Source of the DNA: a bacterium
GTDB taxonomy: Bacteria > Synergistota > GBS-1
DNA: 64,000 nt
NCBI GenBank assembly: GCA_030153785.1
Contig: JASKLF010000006.1
Location: 86,405 to 150,404 of the forward strand
Direction of reading: 5' to 3'
Positions 1-11,254 of the stretch are shown here, one piece after another. Within the stretch, counting starts at the first letter, position 1. Each line of letters starts with the position of its first letter. A model generated the notes under the pieces. That model ran no database searches and was not told the DNA's origin. It saw only the letters and a list, made by a program, of their open reading frames with translations. Made by a program: the position numbers and the translations under genes.

Positions 1-112
1 CCTAATCTTTTTCCCTCTCCACCCGCTAAAATTAAGGCATGAACCTTTTTGCCCAAAAACAACCCCAACACCACCTTTATACTGTATAATTCTAAAAAGG
101 GAGGTGATTTAA

Positions 113-710
113 TTGAGCGAAAAGCTCAGCTGGATCAAGCTCGAAAAGGATGAATCTATTTACACAGACCCGAATAATCCCCCTGCATCAAAGGAAAAAC
201 TCTTAGATGCCATCGCAAGGTCAGCTTACAACTATCACCTATCACCATACCTACAGTGGCTGTACACGTGCCGTTCTATTAGCTCTCAATGAACATCTCG
301 ATCTCGCCCCCGAAGAGGCCTTTAAATACTGCTTCAGTGCCTGCTCAACGCTTCCTGGCGGTGTAGCGAGAATGGGAGAAGTTTGCGGTGCTCTTACTGG
401 AGCCCTCTTAGCAATTGGTCTTGCCTGCGGACCTAAAGATCCTAAAGATGTAAAGGGTTATAGTAAAGCCTTAAAGGTAGGACACCAATTCTTTACGAAG
501 TTTAAAGAAACCTTTAAGCACGTGAGATGTCAAGACCTCCTTGATGAATTCTTTGGTAAAAGCATTAATTTCTGGGATCCAGAAGAGCGGACAGAATGGA
601 TTAAAGCTGGTGGACCTAATATCTGCTCTTTATTATGCGCTGAAACAGCACGACTGGCTGGCGACACTATAATGGAAATTTTAGCTACTGAGAATCAAAA
701 GTCTTCCTAA
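113..710 (+). pseudogene. C-GCAxxG-C-C family putative redox protein, frameshifted by a 7-bp tandem duplication
   Basis: SD GGAGGTGA (100-107) precedes TTG at 113, which reads MSEKLSW...ARSAYNYH. CTATCAC is duplicated at 232-245. The downstream frame carries the family motifs GCTRAV, EVCGALTG, RCQDL and ICSLLC. Removing 7 nt gives an intact 196-aa ORF. Confidence 0.8.
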
Positions 711-1224
711 GTTTCCTTTTAATTCGTTGAAGCGCGTTATCTACAACCTTCAAAGTGCAACCAAGCTCCTGAGCAATTTCTGTATAGGTTTTACCTTCTA
801 AATACTTGCTAAGAACCTTATTTTCTAAGTCACTCAATTTAAGATTAATATCGAAGTCCATACTTTCCCAATCTTCCTTTTCTCTCCATAATGACAAACC
901 GGGCTTTTCTTCTATTGAAACATACTTGTTCACGGGGATCTCCTTTTGACGAGTCGCCTTCCTCAAAACATCTGTAAATTGCCGTCTTAAGCACATCTCC
1001 AAAAAACTTTCAAACTTCACTCCTTTATTCACATCAAAGGAGTTGACTGCCTTAAAAAGAGCAAGCAAACCTTCCTGAACTAAATCCTCATAATCCATGT
1101 GAGGGACAAAATAATCACGGGCTATACTTTTAACAATAGGCAAGTAAATTTTTACTATCTCCCTCCATGCCTTAGAGGAGCCCTCCTTGGCCTTAAGAAG
1201 GAGGGCTCTTTTTCCATCCTCCAA
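685..1224 (-). CDS. sigH: SigH-like sigma-70 family RNA polymerase sigma factor
   Basis: Region 2 DLVQEGLLALFKAV; region 4 YLEGKTYTEIAQEL...VDNALQRIKRKL, typical of SigH. Confidence 0.8.
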   Translation of the reverse strand: MEDGKRALLLKAKEGSSKAWREIVKIYLPIVKSIARDYFVPHMDYEDLVQEGLLALFKAVNSFDVNKGVKFESFLEMCLRRQFTDVLRKATRQKEIPVNKYVSIEEKPGLSLWREKEDWESMDFDINLKLSDLENKVLSKYLEGKTYTEIAQELGCTLKVVDNALQRIKRKLRKTFDSQ

Positions 1225-1230
1225 AAAGGT

Positions 1231-1944
1231 TCACCTCACATCTTCCACTAACTCTGCATATAATACCTCGATTCTGCCATTTACATCCACAATCAAACCA
1301 CCATCGCTGCTTAACTCTATAGCTTTACCTTTTAAAAGGGTCCCATTCCTTTTAAAGGAAACTTCCTTACCCAAAGTGAGACACAAATTCCTATAACGAG
1401 ACAAAACAACCTCTTTCTCCTTCTCAACCAATCCTATGCTATTAACAACGCTATCCACTAATTTTTTAAAAACAAAATCTTCACTTAGACTACCTCCCAG
1501 TTCCCTTTCCAAGGAAGTAGAACCCGGGACCTCATCAATATCTTTCAAATTCAACCCAATACCTAACAAGCAAAACGCCAAGTTATCCCCTTCGAACAAA
1601 GCTTCCAAAAGTACCCCACAAACCTTTTTGTCTGATAAAATAACATCGTTAGGCCATTTAAGAAAGGCTTTCAAGCCAAGGTCTTCAAGAGCATCAACTA
1701 CCCCCAATGCCGCTGCCAAATTTAAAAGGTTAAGCTCTTTTCCTCTTAGGGAGGTTTTAAAGGCATATGTGAACCAGATTCCTTTCCCCTTTGGGGAATA
1801 CCATTTTCTTCCATGCCTTCCCTTCCCCAAGCTCTGCTCCTTAGCCCATATTATCGTTCCATTGACAAGTTCCCTGTTTCTGTAAAGCCTTTTAGCTTCT
1901 TCCTGGGTAGAATCCACACTGTCAAGATAAACTACCCTGTACAA
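1231..1944 (-). CDS. birA: biotin--[acetyl-CoA-carboxylase] ligase (no HTH domain)
   Basis: STQ, Q.GKGRHGRKW.SP, LKWPNDV and KKVCGVL motifs. Confidence 0.93.
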   Translation of the reverse strand: MYRVVYLDSVDSTQEEAKRLYRNRELVNGTIIWAKEQSLGKGRHGRKWYSPKGKGIWFTYAFKTSLRGKELNLLNLAAALGVVDALEDLGLKAFLKWPNDVILSDKKVCGVLLEALFEGDNLAFCLLGIGLNLKDIDEVPGSTSLERELGGSLSEDFVFKKLVDSVVNSIGLVEKEKEVVLSRYRNLCLTLGKEVSFKRNGTLLKGKAIELSSDGGLIVDVNGRIEVLYAELVEDVR

Positions 1945-1952
1945 TTTCTCCC

Positions 1953-4331
1953 TTACTCCTCCTCTTTTCTTTCATTTTTTTCGTCTTTCCTCCTCCCCCA
2001 CTCCTTAAGGACCTCCGCCATCTCTTTAAGCTTTCTTTCTACCTCTCTGTGAAAATCCTCAGGCTTTAGTCCTGTAAGAATCTCAATACCCTCATCTATA
2101 GTTTTTATAGCGTATATGTGAAATTCTCCTCTCTTTACAGCCTCTACTATGTCCTCCCTAAGCATAAGATTCTCCTTATTCCTATAAGGTATTATTACAC
2201 CTTGCTTCCCTGTCAAGCCCCTTATCTTACAGAAGTCAAAAAATCCAGCTATTTTTTTATTGACACCACCTATTGGCTGAATATTCCCTTTTTGATCCAC
2301 AGAACCTGTTATAGCAATATCCTGCCTCAAGGGTATCTCAGAGATAGCAGAAAGAAGAGCATAAAGTTCTGCGGCAGAAGCACTATCTCCCTCCACACCT
2401 TCGTAAAGTTGTTCGAAACATATGCTTGCAGAAAGCGTTAAAGAGAAATCCTTCGCATATCGAGAAGCCATATAGTTCGAAAGTATCATAACACCCTTAT
2501 CATGGATCTTACCGCTCATCCTGCTTTCCCTTTCTATATTAACAACGCCACGTTGCCCAAGGTGAACTGTGGCTGTAATTCTACTGGGCTTTCCAAAGGT
2601 ATAGTCTCCGAGATTAATAATAGCAAGCCCATTTATCTGGCCTACCCTCTTCCCATCGGTTTCCACAATTATCTGGTCTCTGGCAAACATTTCCTTAAGC
2701 CTTTCCTCATACTTGTTTTCACGATAGTTCTTTTCCTCTATAGCTCTTTTAACATGGGTTGCCGTAATATACCGACTTCCGTCCATTCTTGCCCAAGCGT
2801 CAGCCTCAACCAGAATAGGAATAATCTCACTAAACCTTGTAGTAAGCTTCTTCTGGTCTTCCGCAAGTTCGCTACTATAGTCTATAAGCGCAGCTAATGC
2901 GGTTTTATCACAATGAAGCAAACCTTCCTCCCGACAGTAGGAAGAAATAAAAGCACAGACATCCCTTACATTTTCCTCATTCCTTTCCATATCTATATCG
3001 AAGTCAACCTTTATCTTAAAGAGCTTCTTGAAGTCCTCATCGAAAATAGAAAGAAGATGGTATATCAAAGGAGAACCAATCAACAAAACTTTAACTTTCA
3101 CAGGAATAGGCTCGGGTACCAAACCCGACATTGGAATAAGACCGACATGTTCAGCTATATTCTCTATTCTTATTTCACCTGTTTTAAGAACCCTCTTTAG
3201 AGCATCCCAAGCGCCGAAGTTTCTAAGCACATCGGTAACATTAAGAATAAGATACCCTCCGTTTGCCCTGTGAATGGCTCCAGCCTTTATCTTGGTAAAA
3301 TCTGTTACTAAAAACCCCATTCTCTGTTCATACTCGAGCTTCCCAACCAAGTTGTAATAGGTTGGATTACTTTCAAACACCACGGGTGCGCCTTGAAGAC
3401 GGGAATTATCAACCAAAAGATTAACCCTATATCTATCGAACGAAGGATGATGTTTTTTGGGAGCTTCTTCTCCCTCGGCAGTTGCAAGAAAATCGTGAAG
3501 GTGATCAACCACATCTTCCATCATGTCCTCTAGAAAGGCAACCACCTTAGGAAGATCTATATATTTTTCCTTCAAATCCTTAAAAAGACCACCTATAACG
3601 AAGACACATAGCTCTCTTTCCAGTCGTTTCATTTTTGCACGAGTTTCTCTTTCTAATTTCTGAACCTCTTTCATAACCTGCATTGTCCTTTCATGAAGTT
3701 CTAGCGACCTAGCCTCTAATTCCTTCTTCTTCTCCGGAGGCAAAGCGTTAAACTCCTCTTGGGTCATTTCTCTTCCATCAATTAAAGGAACATTTATGAA
3801 TCCCGTCGGAGTCCTCTTTAAGGCAAACCCCAATAGCTCTGCCTCTCTATTTAAAGCTTCCATAAGCCTGTTAACCTCTTCTTGAAGTTCCTTAAGCACT
3901 GACCTCTTCTTGGCCTCAAACTCTTCTCCTTCAAAAGCTTTAGGAATTCTAACCTTCAACTCCTCAAGAAGTTCTCTTATGTCTTCAACAAACTCCCGTC
4001 CTTTACCGGGCGGGAAAAATAAAGCGATCGGTCTCGATGGGTTTTTAAAGTTATACACATAACACCAGTCGTAAGGCGTAGGGTCGGTCAAAGCAACTTC
4101 ATGTGCTATTTTTCTTGCATAGGTCGTTCTTCCCGTTCCGGTAAGCCCTACAAAAAAGAGGTTATACCCGGGGCTCTTTACCCTTAGGCCAAAATGAGCA
4201 GCTTTTACCACTCTATCCTGACCAATTATGCCTTTGTCAAGAGGTTTTACTTCCTCAGTAGTCTCAAAATCAAATATATCTGATGGACACCTCACTCTAA
4301 GTTCCTCATAGGACAGTTCCAAAGAGAACAC
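1953..4331 (-). CDS. Lon-like (LonC-type) AAA/S16 protease
   Basis: IIGQDR, G.TGTGRT, RANGGYLIL, GQINGL, GDSASAAE (catalytic Ser) and IGGVNKKI (catalytic Lys); long coiled-coil insertion. Confidence 0.88.
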   Translation of the reverse strand: MFSLELSYEELRVRCPSDIFDFETTEEVKPLDKGIIGQDRVVKAAHFGLRVKSPGYNLFFVGLTGTGRTTYARKIAHEVALTDPTPYDWCYVYNFKNPSRPIALFFPPGKGREFVEDIRELLEELKVRIPKAFEGEEFEAKKRSVLKELQEEVNRLMEALNREAELLGFALKRTPTGFINVPLIDGREMTQEEFNALPPEKKKELEARSLELHERTMQVMKEVQKLERETRAKMKRLERELCVFVIGGLFKDLKEKYIDLPKVVAFLEDMMEDVVDHLHDFLATAEGEEAPKKHHPSFDRYRVNLLVDNSRLQGAPVVFESNPTYYNLVGKLEYEQRMGFLVTDFTKIKAGAIHRANGGYLILNVTDVLRNFGAWDALKRVLKTGEIRIENIAEHVGLIPMSGLVPEPIPVKVKVLLIGSPLIYHLLSIFDEDFKKLFKIKVDFDIDMERNEENVRDVCAFISSYCREEGLLHCDKTALAALIDYSSELAEDQKKLTTRFSEIIPILVEADAWARMDGSRYITATHVKRAIEEKNYRENKYEERLKEMFARDQIIVETDGKRVGQINGLAIINLGDYTFGKPSRITATVHLGQRGVVNIERESRMSGKIHDKGVMILSNYMASRYAKDFSLTLSASICFEQLYEGVEGDSASAAELYALLSAISEIPLRQDIAITGSVDQKGNIQPIGGVNKKIAGFFDFCKIRGLTGKQGVIIPYRNKENLMLREDIVEAVKRGEFHIYAIKTIDEGIEILTGLKPEDFHREVERKLKEMAEVLKEWGRRKDEKNERKEEE

Positions 4332-4354
4332 CCCCTTTTTAAAACCTTAAGTAA

Positions 4355-4382
4355 AATTATATCAAACATTTGTGATATAATT
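4355..4382. promoter_or_regulatory. perfect 10-bp inverted repeat forming back-to-back extended -10 elements
   Basis: AATTATATCA-N8-TGATATAATT gives TGaTATAAT on each strand, pointing at the two divergent genes. Confidence 0.55.
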
Positions 4383-4421
4383 CTAAGGTAAGAAACAAAC
4401 ACTCAAAGGAGGTAAGATTTC

Positions 4422-5504
4422 ATGTTCAAAACATTAAGAAGCCAAATGAAGCTAATATTCATAATAGTTGCAGTTTTCTTCGCCTTATCTATTTATGTAG
4501 GATATGGTGTATATACCCGAGGAAGGGGGGCGTCTAATCCGCCACCAAGCACAACAGCGGCCTTAGTAAACGGTGTTCCAATATCAACCGCCCTGCTTAA
4601 CTCCGCAGTAAGAAATCAACTCTCAAATTATAAAACCGAAGACCTGAAAAATTTAACTAAAGAAGACTTCGATAATATAAGAAGAAATGTGCTTCAGGCA
4701 CTGATAAACTATGAACTCCTCTATCAAGAAGCCATAAAAGAGGGATTAAAACCGTCAAGTAAAGAAATAGATGAAGCCATAACCAATTTAGAGAAGAGAT
4801 TTACAACGAAGGAGGAATTTCTTTCCTTCCTACAAAGACAAGGTATAACTTTATCAGATCTCAGAAGGGGTTTAGAGCGAGAGATAGCAGTTAATAAAAT
4901 TCTCAGGAAAATCCAAGACAGCGTAGTGATAAATGAAGCTCAAATCAAGGAGATATACGAAAAGTATAAAGAATTTTTAGTTGAACCTCAAAAGTTCGAA
5001 ATAGCCTATAAGGCCTTTAGAGACCCACAGAAAGCTGAAGAAATGTACGAAAACCTAAAAAGTGGAAAGAAATGGGAAGAAATAGAGCAGGAAGTAAAAC
5101 CTGAAAAGAAAACCTTATCTGAACTTCCGAAAGTCTTCGCGGAGCACGAAAAAGACTTAAAAGTCGGATCTCCCTTCATAATAAAGGGAGAGGAAGAAAC
5201 CTTTGTAGGTTATGTCTTTTCAATAACCCCTTCCCGCCAAAAAACATACGAAGAGGTAAAAGATCAGCTTGAAAACATTCTCAAATACACGGAAGGGTTA
5301 GAGGCAAGGAGAAAATTTATCCTATCGCTGAGAGAAAAAGCTGATATTAAGTATCCAGATCCAAACCTAGCTCCCCTTCCTCCATCTCAGGAGGAAACTC
5401 CAGAATCTTTAACTACAGAAGCAACAACTTCACAGAAAACCGAGCAAAAACAGCAACAAGAACCAACCTCTCCATCAACTCCAGGAAGCTCGAACAATAA
5501 TTAG
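4422..5504 (+). CDS. SurA N-terminal domain / PrsA-like membrane-anchored foldase
   Basis: N-terminal TM, AALVNGVPI, LINYELLYQEA, degenerate parvulin region, Pro/Ser/Thr/Gln-rich tail; SD AAAGGAGG. Confidence 0.8.
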   Translation: MFKTLRSQMKLIFIIVAVFFALSIYVGYGVYTRGRGASNPPPSTTAALVNGVPISTALLNSAVRNQLSNYKTEDLKNLTKEDFDNIRRNVLQALINYELLYQEAIKEGLKPSSKEIDEAITNLEKRFTTKEEFLSFLQRQGITLSDLRRGLEREIAVNKILRKIQDSVVINEAQIKEIYEKYKEFLVEPQKFEIAYKAFRDPQKAEEMYENLKSGKKWEEIEQEVKPEKKTLSELPKVFAEHEKDLKVGSPFIIKGEEETFVGYVFSITPSRQKTYEEVKDQLENILKYTEGLEARRKFILSLREKADIKYPDPNLAPLPPSQEETPESLTTEATTSQKTEQKQQQEPTSPSTPGSSNNN

Positions 5505-5545
5505 AAAAAAGGGCTACCCTTCTTACACGAGGGTAGCCCCTTTTT
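5505..5545. terminator. bidirectional intrinsic terminator
   Basis: A6-GGGCTACCCT-loop-AGGGTAGCCC-C-T5 between convergent genes. Confidence 0.85.
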
Positions 5546-6327
5546 CAAAGGGTTCTTTCTATCCTTCTTATAGAAAGAGACCTAAGGTTTGCAACATCAA
5601 CCTCAAAGAAAACTGCTTGTAAGGCTATTTTACCTCCTGCCACTTCGAGCTTCTCAGGTATTCCCGTAAGAAACCTTTTTAAAACCTTTTGAGGATTCAT
5701 ACCAATTATAGATTCTACAGGGCCTGTCATTCCCACATCAGTTATATAAGCAGTTCCCTTGGGAAATACTCTCTCATCAGCAGTAGGAACGTGAGTGTGC
5801 GTACCAATAACAGCAACAACTTTACCATCAAAGTGGTATGCAAAAGCTATTTTCTCCGATGTAGCCTCTGCATGAAAATCCACGATGATAGGTTTTCTAA
5901 CCTCCTCAAGCTTCGATAAAAGCTCCTCCATTTTTTCAAAGGGACAATTGATGGGAGGCATAAATATCCTTCCCTGCATGTTAACCACAACAACATTTCC
6001 TAAGTCTATATAACCCTTACCAGGCGCTTTAGCAGGATAGTTGTAAGGTCTCAAGAGGGGGTACTCCCCCTTTTGGAGGAGTTCAACCCCCTCTTTTTTA
6101 TCCCATACGTGATTTCCCGTGGTAATTACGTCAACACCAGCGGAAAGCACTTCTTCTACTACGCTCCGCGTTAAACCAAAACCACCAGCCGCGTTTTCAG
6201 CATTAGCTATTACTACATCCGCCTTAAGCTCTTCCTTAAGGGGAGAGAGCAACTCCTTAAGGGCCTTCCGCCCAGGACTCCCTACAACATCTCCTACAAA
6301 GAGAACCTTTAAAATATTACTTTGCAT
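5545..6327 (-). CDS. ymdB: YmdB-like metallophosphoesterase (TIGR00282 type)
   Basis: [32 protein letters not shown] and TDVGMTG motifs; directly downstream of rny. Confidence 0.93.
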   Translation of the reverse strand: MQSNILKVLFVGDVVGSPGRKALKELLSPLKEELKADVVIANAENAAGGFGLTRSVVEEVLSAGVDVITTGNHVWDKKEGVELLQKGEYPLLRPYNYPAKAPGKGYIDLGNVVVVNMQGRIFMPPINCPFEKMEELLSKLEEVRKPIIVDFHAEATSEKIAFAYHFDGKVVAVIGTHTHVPTADERVFPKGTAYITDVGMTGPVESIIGMNPQKVLKRFLTGIPEKLEVAGGKIALQAVFFEVDVANLRSLSIRRIERTL

Positions 6328-7864
6328 AGTCCACGCTCCTTGTCTCTCTTATAACCGTCACCTTTATCTGGCCAGGATATTTTAGCTCGCTTTCAATCTT
6401 CCTTGCTATATCATAAGCAAGTTTTGCAGAAAGGGCATCATCTACAAATTCCGGCTTAACTATTACTCTTACCTCTCTTCCTGCTTGGATAGCATAGGCT
6501 TTCTCGATGCCATTGAAGGAAGAAGCTATTCTCTCTAAGTTTTCTAGTCTCTTTATGTATTCTTCAAAACTTTCTCTTCTCGCTCCAGGTCTTGAAGCGG
6601 ATATAGCATCGGCAGCCTGAACTAAAACCGCTATAACAGTTTTAGGCTCTACTTCACCATGATGAGCTTCTATAGCATGTATTACTTCCTCAGATTCTCC
6701 ATATTTTTTGGCAAGCTCCGCTCCTATACAGGAATGTGTTCCTTCAACATCGGTATCGATAGCCTTACCTATGTCATGTAACAGACCTGCCCTCTTTGCT
6801 AAAAGGACATCTTCCCCCAGCTCAGCAGCCATAACGCCAGCAATATATGCAACCTCAAGGGAATGAGTTAACATATTTTGCCCATAGCTGGTTCTATATT
6901 TTAGCATACCTAAAAGCCTGATAAGCTCAGGATGCATTCTGCCAACCTTTGTCTGAAAAATAGCATCTTCTCCTGCCTCTCTTATATCCTCCTCCACTTC
7001 CTTTAATGCTTTCCCATACATCTCTTCTATACGGGCAGGATGAATCCTACCATCAGCTATTAGTTTTTCTAGCGTTCTCCTTGCTATCTCACGCCTTATT
7101 GGGTTATGGCACGAAACTATCACAGCCTCTGGAGTATCATCGACTATCAAATCAGCACCAGTTATCGTTTCAAAGGTTCTTATATTTCTTCCTTCTCTAC
7201 CGATTATTCTACCCTTCATATCGTCATTGGGAAGCGGAACCACAGAAACCGTGGCTTCAATCACATGGTCCACTGCACACTTTTGAATTGCAAGAGAAAT
7301 TATTTCCCTCGCTTTACGCTCCGCCTCCCTCTTAGCCTGGGCCTCCATTTCCTTTATCATCAAACCAACATGCCCTTCAATTTCCTTCTTAACCTCCTCA
7401 AGAAGAAGAGCCCTCGCCTCTTCAGAACTCAATCCCGCTATTCTTTCTAATGTGGCCCTTTGTTCCTCCACTAATCTCTCAGCTTCTTTTCTAATTTCCT
7501 CTATTTCCTTCTCTCTCAGCTTTAACTCCTCTTCCCGACGAATAAGGGCTTCGCTTCTCCTTTCAAGACTTTCTTCTTTCTGTAAAATCCGCCTCTCAAA
7601 CCTTTGAAGCTCGACCTTCCTCTCCCTATACTCTCTCTCCCATTCATTTCTTAGTCTATAAATCTCGTCCTTAGCTTCTTGTATCTTTTCCCTCTTTATT
7701 TTTTCTCCTTCTTTTTCAGCATTATTCAAGATTGTTTTTGCTATCTCTTCAGCTGATTTAATCCTCTTTTCGGACAAGTATCTTCTCAGTAAGTATCCGA
7801 TTGCAATACCTCCTGATACAGCCATCAGGATGTTAATAAGATAAAAAATTCCGATGGTAATCAC
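6317..7864 (-). CDS. rny: ribonuclease Y
   Basis: N-terminal TM, coiled coil, KH domain ([13 protein letters not shown]) and HD domain (LLHDIGKA). Confidence 0.97.
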   Translation of the reverse strand: MITIGIFYLINILMAVSGGIAIGYLLRRYLSEKRIKSAEEIAKTILNNAEKEGEKIKREKIQEAKDEIYRLRNEWEREYRERKVELQRFERRILQKEESLERRSEALIRREEELKLREKEIEEIRKEAERLVEEQRATLERIAGLSSEEARALLLEEVKKEIEGHVGLMIKEMEAQAKREAERKAREIISLAIQKCAVDHVIEATVSVVPLPNDDMKGRIIGREGRNIRTFETITGADLIVDDTPEAVIVSCHNPIRREIARRTLEKLIADGRIHPARIEEMYGKALKEVEEDIREAGEDAIFQTKVGRMHPELIRLLGMLKYRTSYGQNMLTHSLEVAYIAGVMAAELGEDVLLAKRAGLLHDIGKAIDTDVEGTHSCIGAELAKKYGESEEVIHAIEAHHGEVEPKTVIAVLVQAADAISASRPGARRESFEEYIKRLENLERIASSFNGIEKAYAIQAGREVRVIVKPEFVDDALSAKLAYDIARKIESELKYPGQIKVTVIRETRSVDYAK

Positions 7865-7916
7865 CCCCTTATTCCATTTTCAAGGATCTTTAAGGAAGAA
7901 TCTTGCAAAAGAAAAG

Positions 7917-8993
7917 CTATTTCTTACTTCTTTCGTTGAAGAGATCTTCTTTTTGAGAAGCCTCTTTATCTTGCCCTCTTGTCTCTTCTCCCCTAAGCCT
8001 TTCTAAAACTGCCTTTTCTATCTCGTCCATCAAATGTGGGTTTTCCTGAAGATAATTCTTGGCTGTCTCTTTACCTTGACCGAGACGTTCCTCGCCAAAG
8101 TAAAACCAAGAACCGCTTTGCCTAATTACCCCAAGGAGCAAAGCCCCCTCTAGCACACTCGATGCTCTCGAAACGCCTTCACCGTAAATAAGGTCAAACT
8201 CTGCTTCCCTAAAAGGAGGAGCAACCTTATTCTTCACAACCTTCACTTTAACCCTAGACCCCAGCGTTTCCTGACCTTGTTTTATAGTTTCTCCCCTTCT
8301 AACATCAAGCCTCAGTGAAGAATAAAACTTCAATGCTCTTCCTCCAGGTGTGGTCTCCGTAGGACCAAAGTAGTAACCTGTAGAAACCTTTTCTCTAATC
8401 TGGTTTATAAATACTACAATGCTCCTCGTTTTACCAACAGCGGCTGTAAGCTTCCTCAATGCTTGCGACATTAATCTGGCCTGTAGAGCAACGTGAGCAT
8501 CCCCCATTGCTCCCTCTATTTCTGCCTGGGGAACAAGAGCTGCCACCGAATCCACAACTATGACATCAACTGCCCCACTTCTCACCAAGGTTTCGACTAT
8601 CTCTAAAGCCTGTTCACCACTATCGGGTTGCGATAAAAGCAAATCTTCTACTTTTATTCCCAATCTTTTAGCATACCGAGGATCCAAAGCATGCTCCGCA
8701 TCTATAAAAGCTGCCACTCCTCCCAATTTCTGAGCAGAAGCTATGAGATACAGCGCCACCGTGGTCTTACCTGAACCTTCAGGCCCAAATATTTCAACTA
8801 TTCTCCCTCGCGGAAATCCTCCTACTCCCAAAGCTATATCAAGTGGAAGAATTCCCGAAGGAATCACCTCAACAGTAGTAAGACTTTCTTCGCCTAATCT
8901 CATTATTGCTCCTTTGCCAAAACTCTTTTCTATTCTCGATATAGCCTCCTTAAGCATTCTCTCCCTCTCTGAGGATACCTTATCCAAAGTCAT
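7917..8993 (-). CDS. recA: recombinase RecA
   Basis: [43 protein letters not shown]. Confidence 0.99.
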   Translation of the reverse strand: MTLDKVSSERERMLKEAISRIEKSFGKGAIMRLGEESLTTVEVIPSGILPLDIALGVGGFPRGRIVEIFGPEGSGKTTVALYLIASAQKLGGVAAFIDAEHALDPRYAKRLGIKVEDLLLSQPDSGEQALEIVETLVRSGAVDVIVVDSVAALVPQAEIEGAMGDAHVALQARLMSQALRKLTAAVGKTRSIVVFINQIREKVSTGYYFGPTETTPGGRALKFYSSLRLDVRRGETIKQGQETLGSRVKVKVVKNKVAPPFREAEFDLIYGEGVSRASSVLEGALLLGVIRQSGSWFYFGEERLGQGKETAKNYLQENPHLMDEIEKAVLERLRGEETRGQDKEASQKEDLFNERSKK

Positions 8994-9586
8994 TCCTGCC
9001 CTCCTTTCAAAGGGAAAATAGCTATTGGGGTGTAAACCGGTCCTCTGGGAAGCAAGTGACTTTTCATAAGTATAACATCTCCTACCATAAATTCACCCAA
9101 AAACATATCATTCCTTTCCTCCAAATAAGCTCTTAGCATAGAGGAAATTTTTCCACTTTTGGCTCTGCCCAAAGTAATGTGAGGAGAAAAAGATTTGCTG
9201 TCCTTAACGAAGTCCAGTTTTCTGGCTTCAGCTTCGATAAAATCTCTCAAAATTTTAAGTTGACCTACGCCTTCCCCCTCGATTCCAAGCCATATCACCC
9301 TCGGGCGGTTCCAATCGGGGAAAACACCAAAACCCTTTAAGGTTAGTCTGAATGAAGACAACTTAAGATTAGGTATCATCTTTGACAAAAGATTTCTTAT
9401 TTTGTCCACCTTGGTGACAGGCTCCTCCCCCAAAAACTTCAAGGTAAGATGAAGATTTTGCTCCTCGACCCATTTAACGCTACTGTCTAGCTTTTTAGCC
9501 TCAGACACAAAACCATAGATCGACCTCTTGATATCGCTTGGAAGGTCTATACATATGAAAGATCTAACTATCTCTCTCTTGCCCAA
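8990..9586 (-). CDS. thpR: RNA 2',3'-cyclic phosphodiesterase (2H family)
   Basis: Two HxT motifs ([16 protein letters not shown]); lies between cinA and recA. Confidence 0.92.
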   Translation of the reverse strand: MGKREIVRSFICIDLPSDIKRSIYGFVSEAKKLDSSVKWVEEQNLHLTLKFLGEEPVTKVDKIRNLLSKMIPNLKLSSFRLTLKGFGVFPDWNRPRVIWLGIEGEGVGQLKILRDFIEAEARKLDFVKDSKSFSPHITLGRAKSGKISSMLRAYLEERNDMFLGEFMVGDVILMKSHLLPRGPVYTPIAIFPLKGGQE

Positions 9587-10793
9587 AGGGGACCACCCCC
9601 AAAAGAAATCTTCTCAATAAGTCCAAAGCCCTTTGAGTAGTTCTAAACTTCACCATCTCCCTATTTCCAGGAAAAACGTTCTTTTCAACATATATCCCAT
9701 CATCCCAAGCCAGAGAAATGTAAACAGTGCCTACTGGCTTTTCTCGTGTGCCCCCGGTAGGACCCGCAATCCCCGTAATGCCTATTCCTATATCGCTCCC
9801 CCCCAAAGACCTTACCCCCTTTGCCATTCTCTCCGCAACCTCAGCACTAACGGCTCCTACATCTCTTATTAAGGAAATAGGAATCCCAAGCAAGCTTCCC
9901 TTTGCCTCATTGCTATAGCTTACAACACCACACCTAAAATACCTTGAACTACCAGAAATGTTAGTCAACCTATGAGACAAAAGTCCACCGCTACAGGACT
10001 CTGCTGTAGATAAAGTTAATCCTCTTTTTTGTAAAAGCTCAGCCACAATTTCTTCCAAGGTTTCTCCGTCTTCACCATAAACATAAGTGTCTAAGACCTT
10101 CTTCAAAAGATTCACAGCTTCAGAAACTTCTTCTTCTCCACCTCTAAGATAAATAGTCACACCTGAGGGAGAAGCACAAATTCCCACCTTGACATCTTGA
10201 AAACCAAGCTCCTTAACCTTGGCGTAAACCTCTGTCTCCCTCAAACCAGTGGTATGGATTCTCTTTAAAGTGTTTCCCTCCAAACGTGGAAGTCTTGGAA
10301 GAACATACTTAGTAAACATTCTTTCAGCTTCCCAAGGCACCCCTGACAAAGCGATAACGATATTTTCCCCTTTTTCCAATATAAAGCCACAAGCCGTTCC
10401 CAGCTCATTAGGTATTATCTCGGATCCCTGGGGAAAAAAGAGTTGCCTATCTTGCAAGGGAGGAACTCCTCTACCAAGTTTATCAAAGAATTTAACAAGC
10501 CACTCCCGTGCTTCTTCCCTTATCTCAAGATTAACCCCAAAGTATGAAGCAACAGCCTCTCTCGTAAGGTCATCATGGGTAGGACCAAGTCCCCCCGTTA
10601 TTATAACAAGCTCTGCGCTCTTAAGCCCAAAATCCAGAACACCAAGTATCTTTTCCAAATTATCTTCCACCACAGCTCTTGCTATAACATCAATTCCTCT
10701 TGAAATAAGCTCCTTTGCTATAAAACCACCATTTTTTTCCTCTACCTCACCTAAAAAAACTTCATCTCCAGTAGACATTATAAAAGCCCTCAT
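9564..10793 (-). CDS. cinA: competence/damage-inducible protein CinA (MoCF domain + NMN deamidase)
   Basis: GGLGPTHDDLT, AESCSGG, GIAGPTGG. Start placed at ATG 10793. Confidence 0.93.
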   Translation of the reverse strand: MRAFIMSTGDEVFLGEVEEKNGGFIAKELISRGIDVIARAVVEDNLEKILGVLDFGLKSAELVIITGGLGPTHDDLTREAVASYFGVNLEIREEAREWLVKFFDKLGRGVPPLQDRQLFFPQGSEIIPNELGTACGFILEKGENIVIALSGVPWEAERMFTKYVLPRLPRLEGNTLKRIHTTGLRETEVYAKVKELGFQDVKVGICASPSGVTIYLRGGEEEVSEAVNLLKKVLDTYVYGEDGETLEEIVAELLQKRGLTLSTAESCSGGLLSHRLTNISGSSRYFRCGVVSYSNEAKGSLLGIPISLIRDVGAVSAEVAERMAKGVRSLGGSDIGIGITGIAGPTGGTREKPVGTVYISLAWDDGIYVEKNVFPGNREMVKFRTTQRALDLLRRFLLGVVPFGQERDS

Positions 10794-11254
10794 CTCACCA
10801 TCCCCCAAAACCATAATCCTAATAAAATTAACCCATTAGTTAAAAAACCGGCTGCAACGTCATCCATCATTATACCCCAACCGCCAGGAAGCCTTTCAAA
10901 GAGATTTACCGGAAAAGGCTTAACGATATCAAGAAGCCTAAACAGAAAAAAAGAAGGAAGGAGCATGATTTCATCCAAATTCCACATAGCCACAAAATAC
11001 CCAACAAACTCATCTATCACTATGGGAGATGGGTCTCTCTCCCCTAAAAACTTAGATAATCGCTCAGAAGACCAAACTCCCAAAATGAAAAGAATAGATA
11101 TGGTATACCAGTCCGCTTCGTAGATCCATCTTATCAAAAGGGCCAAAAGAGTAACCGCTGTTCCCGGCATTCTTCCTTCCAAGGATTTCCCCAAACCCCC
11201 AACGGTTGCCATGTAAAAAGCTATGCTTTCCTTTAATGTAAAACTTCTCCCCAT
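10790..11254 (-). CDS. pgpA: phosphatidylglycerophosphatase A
   Basis: PGT, DPSPIVIDEFVG, FRLLDIVKP, GGWGIMMDD. Confidence 0.9.
   Translation of the reverse strand: MGRSFTLKESIAFYMATVGGLGKSLEGRMPGTAVTLLALLIRWIYEADWYTISILFILGVWSSERLSKFLGERDPSPIVIDEFVGYFVAMWNLDEIMLLPSFFLFRLLDIVKPFPVNLFERLPGGWGIMMDDVAAGFLTNGLILLGLWFWGMVR

Noticed and set aside
113..710. Selenocysteine read-through of the TGA ending the upstream frame
   Set aside because: The conserved domain continues in a different frame, so a frameshift, not recoding of TGA, explains the split.
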